From NCBI GenBank assembly GCA_002787355.1, contig PCWN01000011.1, positions 121,101-185,009 on the forward strand: a stretch of 63,909 nucleotides of DNA. The letters run 5' to 3'. A model generated the notes under the pieces. It searched no databases. It saw nothing but the letters and a program-made list of their open reading frames with translations, and was not told the DNA's origin. This stretch comes from Candidatus Magasanikbacteria bacterium CG11_big_fil_rev_8_21_14_0_20_39_34. GTDB lineage: Bacteria > Patescibacteriota > Patescibacteriia > Magasanikbacterales > UBA922. Of this stretch, positions 32,392 through 42,366 are shown in pieces. Position numbers and translations under genes: made by a program. Position 1 is the stretch's first letter, and each line of letters starts with the position of its first letter.

Positions 32392-34599
32392 TTAATAGTT
32401 AAACTTATATACTTTGTTTTGATCAAGGATGAAAATTTGTTTTATTGCGGGTTTTACTACCATACCTGTGGGCTGTTGCCATTCATCACTTGTGAATTGA
32501 GCCATTAACTTTCCATTTTTTTCCAAGAGAATAACTCGTTTTGTTTCTGGTTCGAGTATGAAAAGATAGGGGACATCACTGTAGGTCCAGAGGATAGTTG
32601 CTCCATGAAGCTCGGGTTGTAATCCTTTTATCTCAAATTCTTCTTGTTTTCCTTTTGTGAATTTTAAAATACTCGTTCCATTTTTCAGTACAAAGAGATC
32701 TCCATCTATGGCCAAGGAATTTCCTCCAGACAAATCAACCTCTTCTTGAAGCCATGGAATACCTCGATCATATCCGGTTTGTGTTTTATTATGTTTATAT
32801 ATTTGATTGGTATTGGGATCCAAAGTATAGACTCTTGTATTGTAGACAAAAACGTCAGCGATTGTGGAATTTTCATCAGAAAAAGAGATGGCTTTTTGTG
32901 TGAGACCTTGTGTTTCTTTATCAAAAACAGCAATGGCTTTAGGACCGGTTGTAAATACAACAATATCCTGTTCTTTTGGCGTTGTAGATTGAATGAGTTC
33001 TGGAATAGCGGTATGTTCCCAAATACTTGCGTCATTGGTAAGAGAACTAATTTTTATTCCACGCTTATCATTTTTACCATAAGCAAGCAGGGTGTCATCA
33101 ATGAGAGCTAAACTAACAAGTTGGGGTTGATCAATGACAGAACCGGCATCCACGACAAGTTCTGGGTGTATGAGGGTAAGCTTTTGGAGCTTTCGGAGAC
33201 CATCACTGATTTCTTCACGAAGTGCATCAATATGTTCTTTGGATGTTTGGGTATTTGTCTCAAGCTGATCAATAAGTCCTTTTGCCTCCTGATAGAGGGT
33301 GAGTGCCTTTGTATCATCGGAATAAATCTGGCTCGCACTTGCGGCATTAATTTTATCTTCAATAGACAGAAGGAGTTCTTTTTGTTGTTTTTCTGCAACC
33401 TGTTGGTCTTCTTGATGGCGAAGATACAAGAGACTTCCAGTAAAGACAACAGCGAAAATAAGTGTCAGTACAAAGAGTAATTTGCTCAGCAAAGGAAGTT
33501 CATGTACTTGAGTCTTTTTTCTTTCAATGCCATCTTGGAGCTCATCGAGTACTTGACCACGTTGTCCACCTTTGTTGGTGATTAGAACAAACATCATGAT
33601 ACAGAAGTTCAGAAGATGGCGGAGAATATTTTTGAGGAAGTTGAAAAGAAAAACAGCCGTAGAAATAAGTGATCTACCAATTCCTATGAGAATCACATTG
33701 AGAAGGGATTCTTTTTGCAGTGACTTTCTTGGACGATAATTCGTTTCAGGAGTATTTTGAAGTATCTTTTTCTTTTTTTTGTCGGAGGTTTTTTCAAATT
33801 TATTTTTGAGCGTTTTAAGTGGAGAATTTGAGACTGTTTTTTGTGGAACAAAAATTTCTGGTTCTTCTTTTTGTGTTGAACTATTTACCACCATTTCTTT
33901 TTTTTGAGATTCCGTTTCTTCGGGAGGTGCATGTTTGTCCGCGATTTTACAGAATATTCCGCCATAAGAGAAGTTACTATTTATGCCTTCTAGGGTTTTT
34001 CTTAGATGGTTTATAACTTCTGTTTGAGTTTGATTGGCAATGAGGTGTTGGAAACTTTCAAGGTCAAAATATTTTTTTACTTGCCCACTAACCACGAGCA
34101 TGGAGTCACCCCGGTTCAATTTTCCTTCTATAATATTTGAAAAAAGTTGATCAGGGGACTGTTTCCTTTTTTCTTCTTCAAGTATATCAATTACCTTGAC
34201 GGTATTGTCTTTAGTCGTGTAAAAAACCCATGCATCCATGTTGCCGTGTTCTGTAAAGGCAATTTCATTTCCCAAAATTCTTCCAATAATGCAATGGACT
34301 TGAGAATCATTCTCTTGAAGAACATGGTGGCTTCGTTTATTTATAAATTCGAGTGTTTGTTCAAAAGCTTCTTTTGAAGGAAGATCAGATTCATAAAAAG
34401 AGGATTCAAGGTCTTCAACCAATTTTTGGAGATGTTGTATTTGGCTGAGATCTCCATAGTTGATTTCTGATAACGCAAAAAAATACCCTTTTTCCATTTC
34501 AGATGGAGTGGTGGGTTCTGTGATATGCAAAAGTACGTGAGAGACTTCTCGGTTATTACCCTCTACAAAGAATTCTTTGATTGTGATAATTTCTTTCAT
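32392..34599 (-). CDS. Large membrane protein (hypothetical): N-terminal cytoplasmic domain, two TM segments, a coiled coil, and a C-terminal beta-propeller-like repeat region
   Basis: TM segments are LNVILIGIGRSLISTAVFLF and LLFVLTLIFAVVFTGSLLYL. Recurring blade-like motifs are VYTLDPNTNQIYKH, LFVLKNGTSILKF, LFILEPETKRVILL and IFILDQNKVYKF. Confidence 0.6.
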   Translation of the reverse strand: MKEIITIKEFFVEGNNREVSHVLLHITEPTTPSEMEKGYFFALSEINYGDLSQIQHLQKLVEDLESSFYESDLPSKEAFEQTLEFINKRSHHVLQENDSQVHCIIGRILGNEIAFTEHGNMDAWVFYTTKDNTVKVIDILEEEKRKQSPDQLFSNIIEGKLNRGDSMLVVSGQVKKYFDLESFQHLIANQTQTEVINHLRKTLEGINSNFSYGGIFCKIADKHAPPEETESQKKEMVVNSSTQKEEPEIFVPQKTVSNSPLKTLKNKFEKTSDKKKKKILQNTPETNYRPRKSLQKESLLNVILIGIGRSLISTAVFLFNFLKNILRHLLNFCIMMFVLITNKGGQRGQVLDELQDGIERKKTQVHELPLLSKLLFVLTLIFAVVFTGSLLYLRHQEDQQVAEKQQKELLLSIEDKINAASASQIYSDDTKALTLYQEAKGLIDQLETNTQTSKEHIDALREEISDGLRKLQKLTLIHPELVVDAGSVIDQPQLVSLALIDDTLLAYGKNDKRGIKISSLTNDASIWEHTAIPELIQSTTPKEQDIVVFTTGPKAIAVFDKETQGLTQKAISFSDENSTIADVFVYNTRVYTLDPNTNQIYKHNKTQTGYDRGIPWLQEEVDLSGGNSLAIDGDLFVLKNGTSILKFTKGKQEEFEIKGLQPELHGATILWTYSDVPYLFILEPETKRVILLEKNGKLMAQFTSDEWQQPTGMVVKPAIKQIFILDQNKVYKFNY

Positions 34600-34698
34600 A
34601 CCTTACACGCAAAAACCAGAAAGCACTTTGACTTTCCTACTAAAACTGATTATACTATATTTGCTTATAAATGGGAAGTTCCCCTTAGAAACCTTTTT

Positions 34699-35301
34699 AT
34701 GGTTGAACAACTTTTTGGTTCAAATACTCGTTTTCGACTCCTACGCTTTTTCTTTTTGAAACCAGATAAGCCCTATTATGTGCGTCAGCTTGCTCGTCTT
34801 CTGGAAGTCCAGATAAATGCCATTCGTCGAGAGCTGGAAATTCTTATGGGCATTGGGCTTCTTCAAGAGGTGACCCCGAAGGAAGATGATGTGACGCGAA
34901 AAATTGGCTCCCCAAAGCGAAAATATTATCTTTTGAACCCAGACTGTATTATATATCCAGAAATGCAGGCTCTTTTTGTAAAGGAAAATGCTATTGGTCG
35001 TGAAGATTTTGTTCGGGACATGTGTGAAAAGGCTGGTGATATTAAGTTTTTTCTGCTTACGGGGCGTTTTACGGGGTATACCAAGGCATCGACAGACCTT
35101 TTATTAGTGGGAGAAATAAAGCCAAGGATTCTTATGAATCTCATTACCCAATATGAGAAGGATTTTGGTCACGAGCTTCGATATACCATTATGACGGAAA
35201 AGGAGTTTATAGAAAGAAGATACGTCATGGATAAATTTATTTATACACTTTTTGAGGGGCCTCACTTGAAATTGGTTGATAAAATTGGGAATGGAAAATA
35301 A
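34699..35301 (+). CDS. Winged-helix (ArsR-like) transcriptional regulator with extra C-terminal domain
   Basis: GSNTRFRLLRFFFLKPDKPYYVRQLARLLEVQINAIRRELEIL. The promoter-like TTGACT-17-TATACT lies at 34628-34656. The 34525 extension overlaps the divergent gene. Confidence 0.65.
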   Translation: MVEQLFGSNTRFRLLRFFFLKPDKPYYVRQLARLLEVQINAIRRELEILMGIGLLQEVTPKEDDVTRKIGSPKRKYYLLNPDCIIYPEMQALFVKENAIGREDFVRDMCEKAGDIKFFLLTGRFTGYTKASTDLLLVGEIKPRILMNLITQYEKDFGHELRYTIMTEKEFIERRYVMDKFIYTLFEGPHLKLVDKIGNGK

Positions 35302-35348
35302 ATGCGTAAGAAGAGAATATTCTCTAAGTTTGGTTTTGACTTGAATAT

Positions 35349-35732
35349 ATGTACTTGATGATAGATCCCTCGCTTCAAGGAAGCATACGTCTTTTGCTTC
35401 TTGGAAAAGATACTCGAATGGAAAAAGATTTCCCTGCAGAAAATAGGGAACTCCTTTTGTGTGTAGATGAGTTTTTACATGAAAATAAGTGTCCGGTTGA
35501 AAATCTTTTAGGAGTATTTGTAGTTCTTGGGAGTGGAGGATTTACCAGTACAAGGATTGCCGTTGTAGTTGCAAATACCATGAGTTATGTTCAAAAAATT
35601 CCCGTTGGTCCTCTTGATTCCAAACAATGGGATTGTTCCTATGATCAGATAAGTGCTTGTTTACTCCCATTGGGACAGTATGTATCTGCAATATATAGTG
35701 GAGAGCCAAATATTACAAAAGGAAAAAGTTGA
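35349..35732 (+). CDS. tsaB: Short TsaB/YeaZ-like protein (t6A pathway partner of TsaD)
   Basis: LLGVFVVLGSGGFTSTRIAVVVANTMSY matches the GPGSFTGLRIG region of TsaB. At 127 aa it is truncated relative to the canonical length of about 230 aa. Confidence 0.55.
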   Translation: MYLMIDPSLQGSIRLLLLGKDTRMEKDFPAENRELLLCVDEFLHENKCPVENLLGVFVVLGSGGFTSTRIAVVVANTMSYVQKIPVGPLDSKQWDCSYDQISACLLPLGQYVSAIYSGEPNITKGKS

Positions 35733-37231
35733 TTTTACAAATTATGTTTTCAGATCATACACGTTATCGATTTTATGAAATGCTTCCAGGGTTATCCATC
35801 TGGGGGACTCTTTTTTTGGGGATTTACCTTTCGTTCATGCATCCCATTATAATGGTGTATTTTATTATCCTTTTTGATGTTTACTGGGTATTGAAGGTTT
35901 TAAATTTTTCTTTTTATCTTTTGGTTGCATGGTTTCGATTTCACAAAGTGAAAAAAATTGAGTGGACTACTCGACTAAAAAGTGAATGCACTGATTATAC
36001 CTCAAAATATCATATTATTTTTTTGACCCTATATAATGAAAACTGGGATGTAGTTGAAAGTAGTCTTTCAAGTTTATCAAATGCCATTTATGCAAAAGAA
36101 AATTTTGTGGTGGTAATAGCAGGAGAACAAAGAGCGGAAGAAAATTTTCATCATATTTTTTCCAAAGCAAAGGAACAGTTTGGTTCACAGTTTGGTTATC
36201 TTTTGGGGTATCTTCATCCCTCTGATCTGGAAGGGGAAATTCCAGGAAAAGGATCGAATCTTCATTATGCAGAAACACAAACAAAATTTTTTGTAGACGA
36301 GCGGGGCTGGGATTATAAAGATGTCATTGCGACCGTCTTTGATATTGATACCGTTTGTAATAAAGAATATTTTGCATATCTTACGTACCTCTACTGCACA
36401 CACCCAAATCCTACAAGAAGTTCTTTTCAACCAGTTGCTCTTTTTAACAATAATATCTGGAATTCACCGGCAATTCTTCGTATCATGGCATTTGGAACAA
36501 CTTTTTGGATTATGACCGCACTTGCACGACAAGATGCATTGGTCACATTTTCCTCACATTCCATGAGTTTTCAAGCTTTGGTAGATGTTGGTTTTCATGA
36601 AAAAAGGATTGTAAGTGAAGATTCACGAATCTTTTATCAGTGTTTGCTTCATTATAACGGGAAATATGAAGTGACTCCGATGTATATGCCGGTATCTATG
36701 GACACTGTGCGTGATGATTCTTGGTGGATAAGTATAAAAAATCTGTACAAACAGCAAAGAAGATGGGCTTGGGGAGTGGAGCATGTTCCATTTTTATTGT
36801 TTGAGTTTAGAAAAAAGGGGAAGCTCATCCCACTATGGATGAAGATAAAATGGATTTTTGTAGAATGGGAAGGTAAGTGGTCATGGTGTCTGGCAGCACT
36901 TATTATTACTCTCTTGGGGCGACTTCCCATGTGGGTTGCCAGTGATACCGTAAAACAAAGTGCTTTATTTTTTAATACTCCACATATTTTAGAAAAGTTG
37001 ATGACAGTTGCCATGATTGGATTACTTCTTTCTGCAATTTTTAGTATTCCACTTCTTCCAAAAAAACCAAAAGCGGATCCACATCACAAATATCTTATCA
37101 TGTTGCTTCAGTGGATTCTTCTTCCTTTGACCATGATATTTGTGAGTGCCATTCCTGCCATAGATGCGGTAACGCATCTTATGCGTGGAAAGTATCTTGG
37201 GTTTAATGTTTCTCAAAAGAAGCGAACATAG
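35729..37231 (+). CDS. Membrane-embedded processive family 2 glycosyltransferase (cellulose/chitin synthase-like)
   Basis: N- and C-terminal TM bundles, DxD-like FDIDT, SEDSR, and the Q(Q/R)xRW motif as KQQRRWAWG. TTG 35729 overlaps the tsaB stop; an alternative ATG is at 35744. Confidence 0.75.
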   Translation: MILQIMFSDHTRYRFYEMLPGLSIWGTLFLGIYLSFMHPIIMVYFIILFDVYWVLKVLNFSFYLLVAWFRFHKVKKIEWTTRLKSECTDYTSKYHIIFLTLYNENWDVVESSLSSLSNAIYAKENFVVVIAGEQRAEENFHHIFSKAKEQFGSQFGYLLGYLHPSDLEGEIPGKGSNLHYAETQTKFFVDERGWDYKDVIATVFDIDTVCNKEYFAYLTYLYCTHPNPTRSSFQPVALFNNNIWNSPAILRIMAFGTTFWIMTALARQDALVTFSSHSMSFQALVDVGFHEKRIVSEDSRIFYQCLLHYNGKYEVTPMYMPVSMDTVRDDSWWISIKNLYKQQRRWAWGVEHVPFLLFEFRKKGKLIPLWMKIKWIFVEWEGKWSWCLAALIITLLGRLPMWVASDTVKQSALFFNTPHILEKLMTVAMIGLLLSAIFSIPLLPKKPKADPHHKYLIMLLQWILLPLTMIFVSAIPAIDAVTHLMRGKYLGFNVSQKKRT

Positions 37232-37233
37232 AT

Positions 37234-37689
37234 ATGACACAAAAATTTTTTTGTAGAAATTTAAATATCGTTGTACAAAAAAATTGGCAAAAAAGAATTT
37301 TTTTTCTTTTTTTGGGAATTCTTATGATTTTCTTTTTGCAATTTATTGGTATACCTTACACACTTTGGCCCTTGCGGATTCTTTCAATTGCCTTTCTTTT
37401 TGCACTGATCTATCTTTTTATTTTTAATTTTTTTGCTCCTAAAATTCTCCTTTCTTTGGAAAATGGCATGTTGGTTTTCTCAAACAAATATGGTACTGTA
37501 GATAAAATTAAACTCGATGAACTCAACCTAATGTTGAGATTCCAGTTGGATGTAAGTATCTTTGGTACAAAGGAAATACGTGTTAGATTTAAAAATAAAC
37601 AAGAAAAAGCACGGTTTGTAGAAGAACTTACCAAGCTTCATATTATTCCCAAACCATTTGATTTTTCCTATGTTTTTAAGAAAGCGTAA
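37234..37689 (+). CDS. Small membrane protein (hypothetical)
   Basis: Two TM segments followed by a soluble tail. Tightly packed between the GT2 and DUF4012 genes. Confidence 0.5.
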   Translation: MTQKFFCRNLNIVVQKNWQKRIFFLFLGILMIFFLQFIGIPYTLWPLRILSIAFLFALIYLFIFNFFAPKILLSLENGMLVFSNKYGTVDKIKLDELNLMLRFQLDVSIFGTKEIRVRFKNKQEKARFVEELTKLHIIPKPFDFSYVFKKA

Positions 37690-39139
37690 AAAAAATATTT
37701 TTTGGATTCTCATGCTCTGCATGGTGCTTGCGCTTATTGGTGGAATTTATTTTTTGTTTTATAGAATTTCACATTTTTTTGAGCCAAACAATCTTTTTCA
37801 AAATAGTTTTGTTCAACAAAAGATTGTCAGCTATGTAGGAGGAGATAAAAAGGACTTTGTTGGAATTTTACCAGAAATTTTAGGATTTTCTGAACCTAAA
37901 TACTACCTTGTTCTTTTTGAAAATAATACCGAATTGCGTCCTGGTGGCGGATTTATTGGAAGTTATGCCGTCTTAAAAGTGGACGGAGGAAAATTGGATA
38001 TTATAAAAGTGGAAGGTACCGAAGTTTTAGACAATGCAGCACCCTCCACATGGCGTCCGGAACCACCATCTTTTCTTCAAGCACCATTGGGAATAGATCG
38101 ATGGTACTTTCGGGATTCCAATTGGTCGCCAGACTTTCCTACTGATGCAGAAAATGCAAAGATGCTTTTTCAAGGAGAGAATGGAGAAATGGGGGATAAG
38201 ATAAATGGTGTTATCGCTTTTACTCCAACCGTTTTAGAAAGACTTTTGGGAATTCTAGGTCCCGTTACGATAGAGAATATCGAGTTTACAAAAGAAAATG
38301 TTGTGGAGCGTTTGGAACGTGAGGTTGAATATGACTATAAAGAGAAAGGTATTAAATTTCAAAATAGAAAGGATATTCTGAAGCCATTTATGGAAGCTTT
38401 AATTGCAAAGGGACAGGAAAGTTTTTGGGGACATGTTTCTGAATATATTTCTCTGATGGAAGAGCTTTTTGATCAAAAACATATCATGGCCTATTTTGAA
38501 GATGATGCTGTTCAAAAAGTTCTTTTGGCGCATAACTATGCAGGAGCTGTAAAAGTTCCGAAAGGGGATATGCTTTTGTATGTAGATGCAAATTTGTCTG
38601 CGTTGAAAACAGATTATGCATTGGAACGAAAAATTGAATACAGTATAGAACCAGATGAAAATGGCTATGTTGCAAAGGTAACCATGCATTATGACCATAA
38701 TGGAAAATTTGATTGGCGAACCACCCGCTATAGAACATTTGCAAGAATTTTTGTACCAAAGAGGAGTACACTTCTCTCTGTTGAGGGGCAACTTCCTTGG
38801 GATAATGTTCGTAAGTTAGGTGAAACCTTTAGTGGAGAGGAGTTGGGTCTTACCTGGTTTGGGGCCTATACTTCGGTTGAACCGGGACAGGAAGGTATGC
38901 TTACATTCCACTATAGGGTGAGTGATGCGGTCGCAAAAATGATACAGGCCGGAGCCTATACATTGAGTGTCCCCAAACAGTTGGGTACTTTATCCCATGG
39001 ATTGACTTTAGATCTGAATTTTGGTAAAAACATAGTATCTGCAAGCCCTGGAGAAGCACAGGAAAATTGGGGAGATGATACGTATACGATTCATTCAGAT
39101 CTTCTTGTAGATAGAGAATTTAATGTTTTTTTTGAATAG
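37670..39139 (+). CDS. DUF4012-family membrane-anchored protein
   Basis: N-terminal TM segment. NNTELRPGGGFIGSYAVLKVDGGKL matches my recollection of the DUF4012 core motif. Confidence 0.65.
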   Translation: MFLRKRKKNIFWILMLCMVLALIGGIYFLFYRISHFFEPNNLFQNSFVQQKIVSYVGGDKKDFVGILPEILGFSEPKYYLVLFENNTELRPGGGFIGSYAVLKVDGGKLDIIKVEGTEVLDNAAPSTWRPEPPSFLQAPLGIDRWYFRDSNWSPDFPTDAENAKMLFQGENGEMGDKINGVIAFTPTVLERLLGILGPVTIENIEFTKENVVERLEREVEYDYKEKGIKFQNRKDILKPFMEALIAKGQESFWGHVSEYISLMEELFDQKHIMAYFEDDAVQKVLLAHNYAGAVKVPKGDMLLYVDANLSALKTDYALERKIEYSIEPDENGYVAKVTMHYDHNGKFDWRTTRYRTFARIFVPKRSTLLSVEGQLPWDNVRKLGETFSGEELGLTWFGAYTSVEPGQEGMLTFHYRVSDAVAKMIQAGAYTLSVPKQLGTLSHGLTLDLNFGKNIVSASPGEAQENWGDDTYTIHSDLLVDREFNVFFE

Positions 39140-39168
39140 ATGTTTAAACCTGAAGTTTAATTTTTTTT

Positions 39169-40176
39169 ATGCTTATAAAAAAGGTAGCTATTGATCTTGG
39201 AACAACAAATGTTTTGGTGCATGTTCCCAAACGAGGTATTGTTATAAATGAACCTTCTGTTGTTGCGGTTTCTCGGGATGATAATAAAGTATTGGCCGTT
39301 GGAATTGAGGCAAAAGATATGATTGGAAGGACTCCGGAAACGATTATTGCGGAACGACCACTCAAAGATGGAGTAATTGCCAATTACAAGACAACAGAGG
39401 CAATGTTGCGTTATTTTATCAATAAAGCTTTCGGTGGAGTGAGATTGTTTCGTCCGGAGGTAATGATTGCTGTGCCTGCAGGGATTACTTCTACGGAGCG
39501 TCGTGCTGTAATTGATGCAGCTATGGCCGCCGGGGCACGCGCTGCCTACATCATTAAAGAACCTGTGGTAGCCGCCATTGGTGCAGATATTCCTATTGGA
39601 AGTGCCTCAGGGCATATGATTATAGATATTGGTGGAGGAACTGCGGAAATTGCGGTGATTTCTTTGGGAGGAATTGTTTCTTGTGGTTCAGTGAGGATTG
39701 GTGGAACACGATTTGATGCATCCATTTCTGAATATATACGTAGAAAATATGGTTTGGCCATTGGAGATAGATCTTCCGAGGAGGTAAAGATTAGTGTGGG
39801 GTCTGCCATGTTCATGGAAAATCCACTCAAAATGGAAGTAAAGGGAAGAGATGTTATTTCCGGTCTCCCACGTACTATTACTATTACTTCAAACGATACT
39901 ACCGAGGCATTACAAAGAGATCTTGAGGGTCTTATTGATGCGGTAAAAAGTGTATTGCACCAAACTCCTCCGGAACTTTCAGCTGATGTTATGGATAAAG
40001 GAATTATTATGTCTGGGGGTTCTTCACAGTTGCGTAATTTAGATGAGCTTTTTTCTGAAGCAACCGGTGTTGCGTGTTATTTGGCAGATGAGCCACTCTT
40101 ATGTGTTGCCAAAGGAACGGGTATTGCATTGGAAAATTTGGAAAACTACAAGCGAAGTATCATGATGACAAAGTAA
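39169..40176 (+). CDS. mreB: Rod shape-determining actin homologue MreB
   Basis: AIDLGTTNVLV, DIGGGTAEIAVISLGG, IIMSGGSSQLRNLD. Confidence 0.95.
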   Translation: MLIKKVAIDLGTTNVLVHVPKRGIVINEPSVVAVSRDDNKVLAVGIEAKDMIGRTPETIIAERPLKDGVIANYKTTEAMLRYFINKAFGGVRLFRPEVMIAVPAGITSTERRAVIDAAMAAGARAAYIIKEPVVAAIGADIPIGSASGHMIIDIGGGTAEIAVISLGGIVSCGSVRIGGTRFDASISEYIRRKYGLAIGDRSSEEVKISVGSAMFMENPLKMEVKGRDVISGLPRTITITSNDTTEALQRDLEGLIDAVKSVLHQTPPELSADVMDKGIIMSGGSSQLRNLDELFSEATGVACYLADEPLLCVAKGTGIALENLENYKRSIMMTK

Positions 40177-40224
40177 ATACTTTGATACATCTCATAAAAA
40201 TGATGAAAATAGATAAGCTTCTTT

Positions 40225-41385
40225 ATGATACTTGGCATTGATGCAAGTAAAGCAAATAAAGAAAATAAGACGGGCGTAGAATGGTATGCTTACTTTTTGA
40301 TAGAAGAGTACAAAAAAATTTTTCATCAAGGTGAAAAAGTTATTTTATACTCGCAAGAACCGCTTCGAGGAGAACTTGGGAAACTTCCGCCAGGTTGGCA
40401 GAGCAAGGTGCTCAAGTGGCCCTCATTTCGTTTTTGTTTGTGGACACAGATACGGCTATCCTTGGAGATGCTTTTTCATCCACCGGATGTACTTTTTATT
40501 CCAGCACATGTTTTTCCACTCATTCACCCCAAAAAAACCGTTATGATGGTGCACGATATTGCAGCATATCGTACACCAGAAAGTTTTAGTCAGTTTGAAC
40601 GTTTATATTCGTTATGGTCTGCCAAGTATGCGGTGAAAAATCTTTGGCGAGTCATCGTTCCGACCGTATTTACTAAATCTGAAATCTTAGAGTTTTTGCA
40701 AAAAGGGAAAAAATTAGACCCAGAAAAAATAGGATCTTTTGCGGAAAAAATGCATGTTGTGTATCATGGGTATGCACCGGAGTTTCATCCATATGAGCAG
40801 ACAGAGCAGACTCGCTCAATACTCAAGAAATATACAATAAGTAAGCCATACATTATAAGTATTGGTCGTCTGGAGGAAAAAAAGAACACAGCTTCCATTA
40901 TAGACGCCTATGGACTTTTTCGTGAGAGAAATCCAGATATGTCACTACAACTTGTCCTTGTAGGGAATCCAGGGTATGGTTATAAAAAGGTAGAGGAGGC
41001 ATTGCAACGGAGTAACTATAGGGAAGATATCATTCTTGCGGGTTGGGTTCCACAAGATGATTTGCCTTGCTTGCTTTCTTTTGCAGAGATCTTTCTATTC
41101 CCTTCAGTCTATGAAGGATTTGGGATTCCTGTGTTGGAGAGTTTTGCGGCTGGTACACCGGTTCTTGCTTCCAATATTCCAGCACTCTGTGAGGTTGGTG
41201 GGGAAGCAGCTACCTACATAGAATTTAAGGACCAGGAGGAAATTGCAAGAACGATAGAAGCGATTCTCAAAATTGATACTTTAAAAGAAGAAAAGAGAAT
41301 GCGTGGATTGGAGCGAGTAAAAAATTTTAGTTGGAAAAATTGTGCAGAAAGGACGTTCCAAATTCTTGAAGAAAAAACAAATTAA
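40225..41385 (+). CDS. GT4-family (GT-B) glycosyltransferase
   Basis: The C-terminal EGFGIPVLESFAAGTPVLAS motif (E-x7-E region) is typical of Glycos_transf_1. Confidence 0.8.
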   Translation: MILGIDASKANKENKTGVEWYAYFLIEEYKKIFHQGEKVILYSQEPLRGELGKLPPGWQSKVLKWPSFRFCLWTQIRLSLEMLFHPPDVLFIPAHVFPLIHPKKTVMMVHDIAAYRTPESFSQFERLYSLWSAKYAVKNLWRVIVPTVFTKSEILEFLQKGKKLDPEKIGSFAEKMHVVYHGYAPEFHPYEQTEQTRSILKKYTISKPYIISIGRLEEKKNTASIIDAYGLFRERNPDMSLQLVLVGNPGYGYKKVEEALQRSNYREDIILAGWVPQDDLPCLLSFAEIFLFPSVYEGFGIPVLESFAAGTPVLASNIPALCEVGGEAATYIEFKDQEEIARTIEAILKIDTLKEEKRMRGLERVKNFSWKNCAERTFQILEEKTN

Positions 41386-41403
41386 TGTGTGTAATCATAC
41401 TAC

Positions 41404-42321
41404 ATGATATTGGGACATAAAGACATACTTCATTTCTTTGAAAAAGTTATGGGAGCAGGGAAACTTTCACATGCTTATCTTTTTGATGGTCCGGAAGCGA
41501 TCGGAAAAAAAACAGTTGCCCTTCACTTGGCATCAACGTTGTTGCAAAAACAAACTGATGAACTTTCGATTTGTCCTGACTTTTTTCTTTTGGAAAGACA
41601 AAAAGATGCCAAAACGGGGAAGCAAAAAAAAGATATAGATATAGAACAAATTCGGAATTTAAGAACATTCCTCAGCAGGACCAGCTCTTCTAAAAAAGTA
41701 GTAATTATTGATGGAGCGGATTTTCTCAACATTCATTCAAGTAATGCATTATTGAAAACATTAGAGGAGCCTCCCGAGAATGCTTTTATGTTTCTCATTG
41801 CTCAAAATTCTTTTTTACTTCCGGGGACACTCCTATCAAGAATGCAAACTATCTCTTTTCGTCCTGTGAAGGATGAAGATATTCGTGAATATTTAGAAAC
41901 CCAAAAACTTACAGACGTGGAAAAAAATGAAATGCTTCAATATGCCTGTGGTGCGGTTGGAAAAATTTTTTCATGGTTAGAAGATGATGCAAAATTTCAG
42001 GAGATTCGTCTTCATGCAGAACGGTTTTATACTCTCTTTCATATTCCATTTTATGAGAAGCTTCAAAAAACTGAAGACATGTTTTTAAGTAAAGAAGATC
42101 ATATTGTTGGGCGTGAACATCTTCAATCACTTTTATCATTATGGCAAAGCTTGCTTGAGCGCTCTGTCTATAGTAATATATATGAGAATGGAGGAAAGCA
42201 TTTATGTGACAATGATCAACTTGTAAAAATTTATAATGCTATAAATTTTGCAAAAGAAAAACTGTCATTGAATATTCATCCACGACTCTTGGTGGAGAAT
42301 ATTCTTCTGGAAATTCCATAA
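41404..42321 (+). CDS. holB: DNA polymerase III delta' subunit
   Basis: KLSHAYLFDGPEAIGKKT, NALLKTLEEPPEN, SRMQTISFRP. Confidence 0.8.
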   Translation: MILGHKDILHFFEKVMGAGKLSHAYLFDGPEAIGKKTVALHLASTLLQKQTDELSICPDFFLLERQKDAKTGKQKKDIDIEQIRNLRTFLSRTSSSKKVVIIDGADFLNIHSSNALLKTLEEPPENAFMFLIAQNSFLLPGTLLSRMQTISFRPVKDEDIREYLETQKLTDVEKNEMLQYACGAVGKIFSWLEDDAKFQEIRLHAERFYTLFHIPFYEKLQKTEDMFLSKEDHIVGREHLQSLLSLWQSLLERSVYSNIYENGGKHLCDNDQLVKIYNAINFAKEKLSLNIHPRLLVENILLEIP

Positions 42322-42366
42322 AATTTTATTTTATATACTTTACATTTATCTCACTAAATCAGGGAT

